A DNA stretch of 62,715 bases, the filler included, from Welwitschia mirabilis (Eukaryota), in assembly GCA_051453625.1 (NCBI GenBank). It is 4 parts of one record of this genome, joined end to end, with 100 filler letters (N's around TTAATTAATTAA, not from the genome) between each part and the next. Parts side by side here need not be neighbours in the genome. Positions count along the whole stretch, not along the records: positions 1 to 17,438 come from JBOZIK010000001.1; positions 17,539 to 40,086 come from JBOZIK010000001.1; 2 more parts are not named here. One strand, given 5' to 3'. This document shows, in pieces, positions 12,411-24,489 of this stretch. The translations under genes and the position numbers were made by a program. Each line of letters begins with the position of its first letter. Position 1 is the stretch's first letter. The notes under the pieces are model-generated. The model was not told the origin of the DNA, ran no database searches, and was given only the letters and a program-made list of their open reading frames with translations.

Positions 12411-13196
12411 TATTTAGAGGGTTTCTAATTAATCTACTTGATTCATCTCATATTGAAGGAATACTAGGTTTAAATAATTTTTAGACATGATCTAACTAAT
12501 AGAAAGGTTTTTAAATGTTCACAAAGATTTCAAGAAATGTTTAAAGGTGTTTTACATAAAACAACTAGTAGTGCCGATGAGGGAATGCAGTGACACTAGT
12601 TTAAGTTGGAATTGTAGTTCAAGAAAAGTATGATACAGTTGTTAGGCTCACATAAATCAATATGAGTAATAGGATAATACAAAACTTTTACAGAAAATAG
12701 AAGCAGCAGAAAATCTAAAATAAAACCTATGAAAAATAATCCTAATTTTTTTCAATTTTAGCCTTTTATAATAGTAAAATTGAAAAATGCATTAATCAAA
12801 AAATTAAATTACCAAATTAAACTTATGGAAATAAAAGAAAGCATGCAAAGAAATAAGTTTCATATTTAGTTTTTTGCCTTTACTTTTTACCTACAAAAAC
12901 TTTGTTAGACCTAAAATACAAATTTTTGATATGAAATATAAATATGTTTAAAGTGAAAAAAACTAAGAAAAACTTTAAACTAGACTAGTTCACATATCAT
13001 TAAAAATTGATTAGTACTCACCATTATAAAGGGAAAAAAGAAAAGTAAATACTTAAAAGTAAAAAAAAGAAAATCATTTTGGTTTTTACTAGAGAGAACC
13101 ATTACCAATTAATGGAAAAAAATATAAAACAAAAGTAAACTAAAAAATTACAAGAAAGTAAAATTAAGCTCCTCTTAAGAAGCTATTATATTATTA

Positions 13197-13214
13197 TCCC
13201 CAGTAATGGCATCA
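13197..13214 (-). promoter_or_regulatory. Primer-binding site, tRNA-Asp type
   Basis: Reverse complement reads TGATGCCATTACTGGGGA. Confidence 0.75.
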
Positions 13215-14359
13215 AAACCTATAACTAAGTGAGAATCTAGTATTATTTCACAAGGCTAATTGTGATGTCTTATCAGATATTGGATAGAATTTTTCTTTCT
13301 TGTAATTATGATCAAAGAAAAGGAAAAAGTAGAGTAGCATAGAATGTTATTAAAACTTCATTTAGAGAGGTAGGAAAATGAATAAGCTCCAAGGCTTTAA
13401 CTTGATTCATCCTCTAGTAATCCTTTAATACAAAGATATCCTACAAATTCCTCAAACATGCTTAAATTATTAAGTAGTGATGACTTAAGTTAAGGTAACA
13501 TAAACTCATTCACTATATGAAGATTGATGAACTTGAAAATAACTTGATCCTTCATATCCCTTAAATAAGAATTGAAATTAAGGACTTAACATACTTAAAA
13601 TCCATTAAATAAAAGAGACTTAAACCAACTAAATATGGAATCCACTCAAATAAGAATAGAACTTGATACTAGAGCTATTGCTTAAGTGTTACAAGTATAA
13701 AGCTATTTGTAATTTAAAACTAAAAGAGAATAACCACTTGTATTAAATTAAAAATACACATTACATAAATGGAAAAAGAAAGCTAGTAAGAACTCCTTAA
13801 GCTATTATAAAATGAGCTCACTCCTAAAGAAAGTACTCAGAAGTCCTTATCAACTTAACATTCTAAGGATTTTATTACTTAAAATTTTACAAATAAGGGC
13901 TAAAGGTCCTTTTTATAGGTAAGTATAAGGTGAAAATTAGTTATAAGCCCTTGGGTTGTAGCATTAGGTGAGCAGTTATAAAGTTTTAAAATGTAGCATT
14001 AGATGGGTTATTTATCCTCTTGCATTAGATAAGAATTATTATGATGAGTCTAAAACTTGACTTTTGAATGCTAATGCTTCTACTAACCATTACTATTACT
14101 ATCTATTTTCCATATCATTTTAGTCAGCATTATCATGTGTTACTATTACATATCATCCTTATTTCTACCATGTCATTAAAGGTGAAAGTTAATTTTTATG
14201 TGAAATTGGATTAAGCCCATAAATTTATTTTTCTTATTTTTTCATGACAAGTCTAGAACATGAGTTTCGAAGTCTACTCAAAAAGGCCGAAATGCTAGTA
14301 ATTTGGATGTGACACCAGCATTTTAAAATAAATAATGTTTATATTTTCCAACATCCTTC

Positions 14360-17300
14360 TATTGTGATTCCAACTTGACTTATTTAATACACTTTTTGAG
14401 TACATTTTCAGGTCCTATTGATAGGTTTTTTTAAAGGGATTTATGCAAATTTTACGAAGCTTTCATACAGGTCAAAAGATGAAATAATTTTCCAAATAAT
14501 AATCCATTTTTGGATAATGATCAATCAAAGTAATGTGACGAAGATATATTGATCATCCTCCCTATCATGGAGATAACAAACGAGATGACAGTTAGAAAAG
14601 TATAGTTATCCTCTATGTTATGAGGAAAATGATTGGGATGACAGTCAGCATTTTTGAGACATGCTAAGCAGATGGAGTGTCATCTTCTCTATTTTAGGGA
14701 TAACACTATGGACAATAGTCAAAATTATTTCTAAACTTAATTAAATTATTATAAAAAGGTATATCTAACTTGTAGCTCTTCAGTTCACACCCTTGAATGA
14801 ACTATCCTAACCTATAAATAGATCCTTTTAGATGTTATTCAAAATCATCCTTTGTTATCTATATTCTTGTGATAATTGGAGATTTGTTAAAGGTAAAGAG
14901 ATCCATTCCACTTATGAGAAGAATCACCTTGATATTAGGTAGATACTCTCCCATTGAGGAGTTCTTATCATAAGTGGATATAATTCAATTTCATTAATAA
15001 ACATATCGATTGAATTGAAATCTTTTCAAATGTTTTATTGTTCTTCTTTATAACTCATCTTAATTACAATTTAAGTTATATGAATTTGTAATTGAAATAG
15101 GTTATAAGGACTAATATAAGTAATAGTATATTGAAACTTTAATTAATTCATTACATTAGAATTGCATTCATTATATTGCATTCCATTTTCATCTTTACAC
15201 TGTTTACTTTTATTTTCTATAAAGCAAACACATGATTCTTTTTTCTCTAAATCAATGTTCTAAATTATCTTTTAGAAATCTTCTTTAAGTGTATGATATT
15301 TGGATTTATACCACTATACAAATGTGTATTATGTGAAATTAGAAATTTATCTTTTCAGATGTTGCAGGTTAAATTAGATCTTTAGAATATTAGAACTAGA
15401 AGCATAAATATGCATTACAACATTTTGGCATCATTGCCAGGGAATACTTCAAGAGAAAATAAATATTGTCATAACTCAAGTAATTATTTTGAATTCATTT
15501 CAATTTATTTATTTAAGTAGTATTATATTTTATCCTCTTGAATCTACTTGCAATTGCTTGATTATCTTTTGGTCTACAAGTAATTATTTGATTATTCATT
15601 TGGAGTGTACTTTAATTTCATTTCTTGAAAATTGTAAATTTTATTTCTTATAATTTTTATTTCTTTACTTTTAAGCATTTGAAAAATTCATATTTCAATT
15701 TAGCAATCTATTAGGTCTACCCCTTGTACTTCGTGTGATCTTGGGGATTACCAAATTGATTTTTATTTGTAACAAACTTGACCTATACTTTGTGCTTCAT
15801 GTGATTTGAATGATTGCTAGATTCATTTGGTATATTCTACTCTTTTCACCCTTGAGTGATCCTAGATATTAATTTCACTTGAATTAAAGAAGTTTGTTTA
15901 ACATAAATTGATCTTACAGCATAATAGTAAATAGCAGTAAAGGCAAATACAATCATGAAAAACATTTCATTTATGAAGTAATAAATAAGGTTTGATGGAC
16001 TTTAATTCAAGAACTTGAGGTGAGAAAGAAAAGTTTAATTATTTAATTAAGCAAGACAATTATTTTGCATATATGATTTCTTATTCACATACTCCTAAGT
16101 ATTTAAAAATTTCTGAAAATAAACCAAGTTGTACTAAAAATATTGCCTTTCCTCTTTTATCTAATCATCCTAATATTCTTACCTCTATGGAATCAATAAA
16201 TCTTAACTTAAAATATCAGGATCCTCTAATGCAAACGTCACTTTAAAGGATATGTTAGCCAACAAAAAGAGAGAACTTTAAAACCCATTTAACCTATTCC
16301 TTGGAGATGACATAGAGTTAAAAAACTTGAATGCCAATCCTATCTTTTCTGGAGAACCTAATGAAAATCAATTCTAATACATAGCCAATATTAAACAACT
16401 CGTCCTTACTTTAGGAAATGAGAAAAATAAAATTTCATATAGGACCTACATGATAATCTTTCCATTTACCTTAAAAAGAAAAGTAAAAAATTGGTTTAAA
16501 ACCATTCCACATAGAAGTCTTAAGTCATGAAATCATGTACAAGAAATCTTTATCAAATGGTTCATGAATGAGATAGTTATGAGGACAAGAAGAAAAGAAG
16601 TAACAAATTTTCAACAATATCCTCATGAAGATTATTCCTCAACATATGAAAGATTCTTGATTGTTATGTCATTCAATCCAGTAAATGAATTTGAAAAACA
16701 TGAACTTATTAATCATTTCTATAGTGGATTGAATAGTCAAANNNNNNNNNNNNNNNNNNNNNNNNNNNNNNNNNNNNNNNNNNNNNNNNNNNNNNNNNNN
16801 NNNNNNNNNNNNNNNNNNNNNNNNNNNNNNNNNNNNNNNNNNNNNNNNNNNNNNNNNNNNNNNNNNNNNNNNNNNNNNNNNNNNNNNNNNNNNNNNNNNN
16901 NNNNNNNNNNNNNNNNNNNNNNNNNNNNNNNNNNNNNNNNNNNNNNNNNNNNNNNNNNNNNNNNNNNNNNNNNNNNNNNNNNNNNNNNNNNNNNNNNNNN
17001 NNNNNNNNNNNNNNNNNNNNNNNNNNNNNNNNNNNNNNNNNNNNNNNNNNNNNNNNNNNNNNNNNNNNNNNNNNNNNNNNNNNNNNNNNNNNNNNNNNNN
17101 NNNNNNNNNNNNNNNNNNNNNNNNNNNNNNNNNNNNNNNNNNNNNNNNNNNNNNNNNNNNNNNNTCCTCAGCATGTAAAAGATTCTTCATTACCATGTCA
17201 TCCAACCTAGTAAATGAGTTTGGAAAACAAGAACTTATTAATCACTTCTATAGTGGATTGAATAGTCAAGCCAGAAAAATGGTAGAATTTTCATGTGATG

Positions 17301-17438
17301 GAGATTTACTCAATTTAACCTTAGATAACACTTGGAACTTATTATAAGACCTTGTAGAAAGAACTCAAACTTGGCTAAAAACTACATGTAAAAATTCTAG
17401 AACTGTAGGTGAAATGCTTAGAGACTCAAAAAAGGTGT
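14360..17438 (+). mobile_element. Family A copy 2: 5' LTR (14360-15422), PBS (15426-15443), 5' UTR and gag; truncated by scaffold end
   Basis: LTR start TATTGTGATTCC aligns to other family-A LTR starts; LTR end TGCATTACAACA is followed by TTTTGGCATCATTGCCAGGGA; gag is homologous to copy 1. Confidence 0.88.
15924..17438 (+). pseudogene. gag: gag remnant
   Basis: (M)VNSSKG start; GDDIELKNLNANPIFSGE; IFPFTLKRKVKNWF; ORF 16564 EVTNFQQYPHEDYSSTYERF...HFYSGLN. Confidence 0.85.
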
Positions 17439-17538
17439 NNNNNNNNNNNNNNNNNNNNNNNNNNNNNNNNNNNNNNNNNNNNTTAATTAATTAANNNNNN
17501 NNNNNNNNNNNNNNNNNNNNNNNNNNNNNNNNNNNNNN
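17439..17538. other. Artificial scaffold-joining spacer N44-TTAATTAATTAA-N44
   Basis: Exactly 44 N, 12 nt, 44 N; TTAATTAATTAA gives stops in all six frames; the same 100-nt unit occurs three times. Confidence 0.95.
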
Positions 17539-17861
17539 CTTAGACCTTGTGGATGAAAGAAACCTTGAAGAACTATGGGATGAATATCATGGAAGTACCA
17601 ATCCTTTGTAATAACTCAAGTGTAATTCAAATAGCTCACAACTCAGTCCAACGTAGTTGCACCATGCACATTGATATCAAGTACCATTTTATTTATGAAT
17701 TAGTAGAAAAGGAAATAATATGTTTAGCGTATGTATGTACAGAATATCAATTGGCCGATATTTTTATGAAACCTTTATGTTCAGATTGTTTGTCAATCCT
17801 TTGCTATTTTTTGGGTATTAAGTCTGAAAAGGACTTACCTCATCCAAACTCATCTAAATAA
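17539..17861 (+). pseudogene. pol: Ty1/copia RNase H C-terminus (end of pol)
   Basis: ORF PILCNNSSVIQIAHNSVQRSCTMHIDIKYHFIYELVEK...TEYQLADIFMKPL matches the copia CDN.SA.....NPV.H.RTKHID..YHF.R / QLAD.FTKPL consensus; catalytic D appears as N. Confidence 0.92.
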
Positions 17862-18400
17862 TAAACTTTAGTGAGGGGATTCAAATCTTTACTTTTCATA
17901 TATATTTAAATCTTGGTTGACATTCTTCCTAAGTAAGGCAACCGCTTTTTTCTCAGATTTCATACTGTTAAATTTTTCCTTTATTGCATTAACCATACAT
18001 TCAATTGAGGCAATTAGTTTAGTCCTAGTTTTTCATGTAAAATCTTGTCGCAACTAGGTTGACTGAATAATTATTTTTATTCGATCTCTTTTAAGCGTTG
18101 TTCCCAGTCATATCAAGTTAACCTCACCTTTCATCTAGGTTAATTGAGTTTTATTCATAGGATTGACTACTTAATTAGTTGGATCACCCACTCCCTTACT
18201 ATTAGGTTTTTAAATTTTTACATGGGTCAACCGACCATTTGATCGGTTGCCCGCGTTTAAGGTGGTGCATCACGAATTTCTAAAATTGACCCGTCCTTTA
18301 TCTTTTCTTATCTTTTTGGTTCCTCTTCTATCATTTTTTGAGCTAATAGGGGATTCTATTCCACTTTTTCCATGTGCTTTCTCTCAGATCTAGGCTTAAA

Positions 18401-19641
18401 ATGGCATCTTCTCNNNNNNNNNNNNNNNNNNNNNNNNNNNNNNNNNNNNNNNNNNNNNNNNNNNNNNNNNNNNNNNNNNNNNNNNNNNNNNNNNNNNNNN
18501 NNNNNNNNNNNNNGGCTTAAAATGACATCTTCTTCGCCAAGAAAGGGATATAGAAAAAGAAGAAAGGAAGCTGCTGTCAAACCTTCGAGTTATGTATTAT
18601 CCAAGATGAGAATAGAATAGCTAAGGAATTTTGAAAAGCATTTTGAGACCTGTCCCATAGCTTTGGAGAAAACCTGTGAGACCATGCAATTTCTCAACCT
18701 GAGGGAGGTCTAGACTCTGTTAGAAGAACTCAACTAGGGTTANNNNNNNNNNNNNNNNNNNNNNNNNNNNNNNNNNNNNNNNNNNNNNNNNNNNNNNNNN
18801 NNNNNNNNNNNNNNNNNNNNNNNNNNNNNNNNNNNNNNNNNNGAAAAACTCAACTAGGGTTACTTTCTTCATGTTTATGGCATCTGCTATCCTTTGGTAA
18901 CTAGGTTTTTCTATTCCAATGCTAGGTATGATGCTTCTCAATCCACCTTCATTACTATAGCCTTTGACCAAGAAATATGAATTACTATAGATCTCATAGG
19001 TTTCCTCACTAGCCTTCTAAAAGGGAATTGGATGAGTACTAGTCCATGGCTGAGTCATTTAAAGAGAAGGATGTAGCCACTCACCATGTGTGTGGCACAC
19101 ACATCACTTGGAAGAAGACCGTTAAAGCTTGCTAGCTTCTTTCAAGATTTCATCTTTTGCATCTAATTATGTCCTACAACTTCCTTTCAGTTGTTGGGCA
19201 TAAAGATGAGCTCTCAAACTATTGGGTATTTCTCCTTTATGCGCTGAACCAAAGAAGAAACATAGATGCTCCTAGCATAATGATCAAACATATGGCTAAC
19301 CAGCTTTAGCTGCATAAATAGTATTCTTTGCACTATCCTTTCCTTATTACTTGGATTTATCGTCACTTCAACATTCCTCATCTCACCAGGTAGAAGATCC
19401 AAAAGCTAATGGACCTATCGATCATGCCATGTTGTCCAGGATGCACATTTTTGAGGAAATAGCTGCTCCTTCTCGGCCTAAGGTTAAGGCCTCCCAGACC
19501 CCAGAGATCCTTCATCTTCTACATTGGATTGATTCATGGACTTATCACATTAAGGAGGCACTGATTACAAGTGGTGCTCTAGTTACTGATACCTCTTAGA
19601 GTGAGGGTGCTCAGACTTCTAAATCCTTTGAGTTTGATTAA
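18401..19641 (+). pseudogene. env-like additional ORF of the Sirevirus-like element
   Basis: Sense ORF remnant between pol and the PPTs: MTSSSPRKGYRKRRKE...NFEKHFETCPIALEK...CYPLVTRFFYSNA...GPIDHAMLSRM; ends at ~19641. Confidence 0.72.
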
Positions 19642-19703
19642 GTCTAGTTGTGTGTCTTTGTGTCTTCTAATTTGTAGATATTCTCCCTGTACTTGATTTC
19701 ATC

Positions 19704-19961
19704 AAAAAGGAGGAGAAGAATTTATACTTTTTCTTCAGTTCTTTTTGTCACCTCTTTATATTGCAAATTGACAAAATGTAACTTTTACCATGTACTAAAA
19801 CTTTTGAGTAATACAATGATAATTATGTTTTGCACAAATTTCTTTTGATCTTTTCTAAATACAAAACTCATTTAAATTTAATTTCTTCAAAGATAAATGA
19901 GTTAGGAGGAGAATTCATATGTCAAATTATTATTTTTCCTTAATTAATGATAAAGGGAGAG
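19704..19961 (+). promoter_or_regulatory. Multiple polypurine tracts upstream of the LTR
   Basis: AAAAAGGAGGAGAAG (19704), AGGAGGAGAA (~19904), AAAGGGAGAG (~19952); repeated at ~21749-22006. Multiple PPTs are a Sirevirus hallmark. Confidence 0.8.
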
Positions 19962-19963
19962 TT

Positions 19964-21078
19964 TGTTAAGAACCCATTATTATTGATTAATTTAACGAGT
20001 TTTTGTAGTTATTCTTTTGTGCAGGTATTTCCCAGAGCGATCGACTATCAAGCGATTACACATTTAACACCGGGCAATGAAATTAATACAACATAAAGAA
20101 GACTGGTTTAAACATGGGCGACCACTATCCATACATGGGTAACCACATCACACGTAGTGAGATTCAATCTGATAGCAGGACGGGTGACCGATAATATTCA
20201 TACAGGCAACTGCATCACACGAAGTAAGATTCTATCTGGTAGCAGGATGGGCGACCAACTATATTACGACTGGTAACTGCATGACAATCGGTAGAACCTG
20301 AATCTAGTGATTGCAAGGTCGACCGAATAATATGATAATAGGCGACCTAGTTAAGGACGACTGCTTATTGACATAAGGGCCACCTAATATACACCTACTC
20401 TGTACTAAGTGTCTATAATAAACAAGGGTGATTAAATGATAGGAATAAGGGTGACTGCATGAATAGGCAATAGGGTCTCACGTAAGATTGACCGTATGAA
20501 GGAAAAATGTAACCATTATGAATATAATAGTTTATTAGAAAGAATGCAATGGTTCATTAAAAAGCGCAATGGTTCACTTCTTCCTGTGGAAATGATTACT
20601 TTGTATATCTTTTACTATAAAAAATCTTCTCTAATCAATACAGGATAACAACTAATTGTAAAATCTAAGATTTAAAAAGAAGAACTATTATACTCTCTTG
20701 ATATTGTATCTGAACAATCTTCAAGTTCAGATTTCTGTTTACTTCTATCATTGTACCTAATTTATGGAGATATTGCTGTACCTTAGAAAAGATATCTGTG
20801 CATCTTTCTTTCTTCTATTTATTCATGATTAAGGATAAGCCTTAAAATCCTTTGTGGTTGTGAAAAGTTATTTAGTGAGCCTATAAACAATTACTGGAAG
20901 CTAATATATGCCAGCAAGAATAAGAAGTCTAGCAAGCTGAAGGGTGATGTCTATCCACCATTAAATATCTTGTTTTTGTATTGCTTTTATACTTGTCTTA
21001 TTTGCAAGTTATGAAGAACAAGGAAATTGGTTTTAAAAGATCTATTCATCCTCCTCTAGGGTTAATCCTCTACTTTCA
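19964..21078 (+). repeat. Sirevirus-like LTR (~1.1 kb)
   Basis: TGTTAAG...TACTTTCA, preceded by a PPT and followed by a PBS; homologous to 22009-24367. Confidence 0.9.
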
Positions 21079-21080
21079 AT

Positions 21081-21092
21081 TGGTATCAGAGC
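21081..21092 (+). promoter_or_regulatory. Primer-binding site, tRNA-iMet
   Basis: Exact TGGTATCAGAGC, 2 nt after the LTR end. Confidence 0.95.
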
Positions 21093-21143
21093 AAGGTTAT
21101 GCAATAGATCTTAATAGATTTTTACTCCACTCATCCCTAGAAA

Positions 21144-21548
21144 ATGGGTTAATCCACTGAAGGAAATTCTATCACAAGACCTCCCTTCTTTGATAGAATA
21201 AATTATGATTATTGAAAAGCAAATATGAGAGTCTTTGTCCAATCCATTAACCTTGAAATATAGGAGTCTATTACTAATGGGTGTTATCCTCCTACTGTGC
21301 AGGATCCAGTAACCAAGTTGACAACTCCAAAGAGCAAGGACAAATGGATACCTGATGAGAAACTAGCTACAACTTGCAACTTCAAATGCCTAAATGCTAT
21401 CTTCTATGCTTTAGGTCTAGAAGATTTTAAAAGAGTTGTGAACTGAACCACTACCAAAGAAGCATGGAACATTTTGAAAACTTCCCATGAAGGATTCAAT
21501 CTAATAAAGCAGGCTAAGCTTCAAATGTTAATCACCCAGTTTGAAGAT
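21144..21548 (+). pseudogene. gag: Copia gag N-terminus, truncated by a gap
   Basis: MG*STEGNSITRPPFFDRINYDY*KANMR...KCLNAIF...KEAWNILKTSHEG...KQAKLQMLITQFED. Confidence 0.88.
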
Positions 21549-22008
21549 NNNNNNNNNNNNNNNNNNNNNNNNNNNNNNNNNNNNNNNNNNNNNNNNNNNN
21601 NNNNNNNNNNNNNNNNNNNNNNNNNNNNNNNNNNNNNNNNNNNNNNNNAGGGTACTCAGACTTCTAAATCCTTTGAGTTCGATTGAGTCTAGTTGTGTGT
21701 CTTTGTTTCTTCTAGTCTGTAGATATTCTCCCTGTACTTGATTTCATCAAAAAGGGGGAGAAGAATTTATACTTTTTTTTCACTTCTTTTTATCACCTCT
21801 TTGTATTGCAAATTGACAAAATGTAACTTTTACCATGTACTGAAACTTTTGAGTAATACAAAGATAATTATGTTTTGTGTAAATTTCTTTTAATATTTTC
21901 TAAACACAAAACTCATTTAAATTTAATTTCTTCAAAGATAAATGAGTTAGGAGGAGAATCCATATGTCAAATTATTATTTTTTCTTAATCAATGATAAAG
22001 GGAGAGTT

Positions 22009-24367
22009 TGTTAAGTACCCATTATCATTGATTAATTTAACGAGTTTTTGTAGTTATTCCTTTGTGCAGGTATTTCCTAGCACTGGGTAATCGACTTAAA
22101 ATATAAGGTGACTGACTATTAAAGAACTGTGACACTACTTCAGGATCAGGTGACTGCACACATGAAACCACACAACTGAAATGATATAGCATAAAGAAGA
22201 TTGGTTCAAACATGGACGACTGATCATATTTATATGGGCGACCACATCACACGCAGTAAAACCTAACCTAATAGAAGGATGGATGACCGACTAAATTCCT
22301 ATAGGCGACTGTAGCATACATAGTAAAATCCAACNNNNNNNNNNNNNNNNNNNNNNNNNNNNNNNNNNNNNNNNNNNNNNNNNNNNNNNNNNNNNNNNNN
22401 NNNNNNNNNNNNNNNNNNNNNNNNNNNNNNNNNNTAATTTAACGAGTTTTTGTAGTTATTCTTTTGTGAAGGTATTTCCCAGCACTGGGTGACCGACTTA
22501 AAATATAAGGTGACTAACTGTTAAAGAACTGTGACACTACTTCAGGATCAGGTGACAGCACACATGAAACCAGACGACTGAAATAATATAGCATAAAGAA
22601 GATTGGTTCAAACATGGACGACTGACCATATTCATACAGGCGACCACATTGCATGCAGTAAAACCTAACCTAATAGAAGGACGGGTGACCAACCAGATTC
22701 CTACAGGTGACTGCAGCATACATAGTAAAATCCAACCTGATAGCATGATAGGTAACCGACTAGATTCATACATGTGACCGCAACTCAGGTAGTGAGAATC
22801 TATCTGATAGCAGTATGGGTGACTAACAATTTCCCAATGGGTGACCACACAATAATCAATTGAACCTGATTCTGGTAAATGTAGGGTCAACTGAATAAAC
22901 ATNNNNNNNNNNNNNNNNNNNNNNNNNNNNNCTGTACTGAGAAATCTGCAATAAGAAAGAGTGACTGAACATTAGAATAAGGGCGACCGCAGATGTAGAT
23001 GACCAAAGTCTTATCTAAGGTTAACCGTATGACAGAAAAATGTAACTGTTATGAATACAACAATTCATTAGAAAAAGCATAATCGTACCTTAAATACCAC
23101 AACGGTTTATTTCTTCCTGTGAAAATGGCTACCTTATATGTCTTAAGTTAAAAGCTCTTCTCTAATCAATAGAGGACATACACTGACTTGTAAAATCTAA
23201 GATTGATAAGAACTATTATACTTTCTTGTAGTACATCTGAACAATCATCAAGTTCAGATTTCTGTTGTACTTGTATCTTTGTATCTTCTTGAGAAGAAGA
23301 GATTACTATACCTTAAAAAAGACATCTATGCATTAGTACATCCTTCTTTCTATCATTCATTCATGATTGTGAATAAGACTTAAAATCCTCATTGATTGTG
23401 AAAGGTTATTTGGTGAGCCTGAAAACCATTCTTATGAGCAAATTTATGCCAGCTAGAATGAGGATTCTACAAAGCTGAAGGGTGATTTCTATCAATCATT
23501 AAATACCTTATTTTTGTTTTCCTTTATATTTATCTTATTTGCAGGTCATGAAAAACAAGGAAATAGGTTTTAAAATACCTATTCATCCCCCTCTAGGGTC
23601 GATCCTCGACTATCAATTACTAANNNNNNNNNNNNNNNNNNNNNNNNNNNNNNNNNNNNNNNNNNNNNNNNNNNNNNNNNNNNNNNNNNNNNNNNNNNNN
23701 NNNNNNNNNNNNNNNNNNNNNNNCACTAGTAGAAGGGCAATCGCAGATGTAGGTGACCAAAGTCTTATGTAAGGTTGACCGTATGACAGAAAAATGTAAC
23801 TATTATGAATACAACAGTTCATTAGAAAAAGCGTAATGGTACCTTAAATACCACAACAGTTTATTTCTTCCTGTGAAAATGGCTACCTTATATGTCTTAA
23901 GTATAAAAGCTCTCCTCTAATCAATAGAGAACATACACTGACTTGTAAAATCTAAGATTGATAAGAACTATTATACTTTCTTGTAGTACATCTGACCAAT
24001 TATCAAGTTTAGATTTCTGTTGTACTTGTATCTTTGTACCTTCNNNNNNNNNNATTACTATACCTTAAAAAAGACATCTGTGCATTAGTGCATCCTTCTT
24101 TCTATCATTCATTCATGATTATGAATAAGCCTTAAAATCCTCATTGATTGTAAAAGATTATTTGGTAAGCCTGAAAACCATTCTTATGAGCAAATATATG
24201 CCAGCTAGAATGAGGATTCTACAAAGCTGAAGGGTGATTTCAATCAATCATTAAATACCTTATTTTTATTTTTCTTTATATTTATCTTTTTTGCAGGTCA
24301 TGAAAAACAAGGAAATAGGTTTTAAAAGACCTATTCACCCCCCTCTAGGGTCAATCCTCGACTATCA
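22009..24367 (+). repeat. Second Sirevirus-like LTR, assembled in overlapping duplicated pieces (ends at 23615 and again at 24367)
   Basis: TGTTAAGTACCC follows a PPT; both ends read CCTCGACTATCA with the same downstream AT(T/C)ACTAA. Confidence 0.82.
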
Positions 24368-24489
24368 ATCACTAAATTTATCACATCTGTTATTTTGGTT
24401 ATAAAGTAACAACACTATAAAATGGCATTAAAATGTGCATATAGAATTGCTGATAAAGTCCAACCATATTTAGATAAGAGGTTTGATAA

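Larger units (their letters stand above)
11795..14359 (-). mobile_element. Fragment of a second Athila-like gypsy family (family B copy 1): part of 5' LTR, PBS, 5' UTR and start of gag
   Basis: Minus-strand PBS at 13197-13214. 12540-13215 is homologous to ~49550-50215, and parts of 13219-14325 to the LTR at 44944-46404. Bounded on both sides by family-A LTR termini. Confidence 0.82.
17539..24367 (+). mobile_element. Sirevirus (SIRE/Maximus)-like Ty1/copia region: pol end, env-like ORF, multiple PPTs, LTR, PBS, gag start, then a second env end, PPTs and LTR
   Basis: Copia RNase H, extra ORF after pol, three purine tracts, ~1.1 kb LTR with repeated motifs, PBS TGGTATCAGAGC, gag start RPPFFDRINYDY*K. 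Confidence 0.88.

Noticed and set aside
17300..17861. Apparent gypsy-gag / copia-RNase H chimera
   Set aside because: The junction is an artificial spacer.
20030..23000. Regularly spaced short repeats as a possible CRISPR-like array
   Set aside because: Degenerate motifs with mutually similar spacers inside a copia LTR, in eukaryotic DNA with no cas genes.
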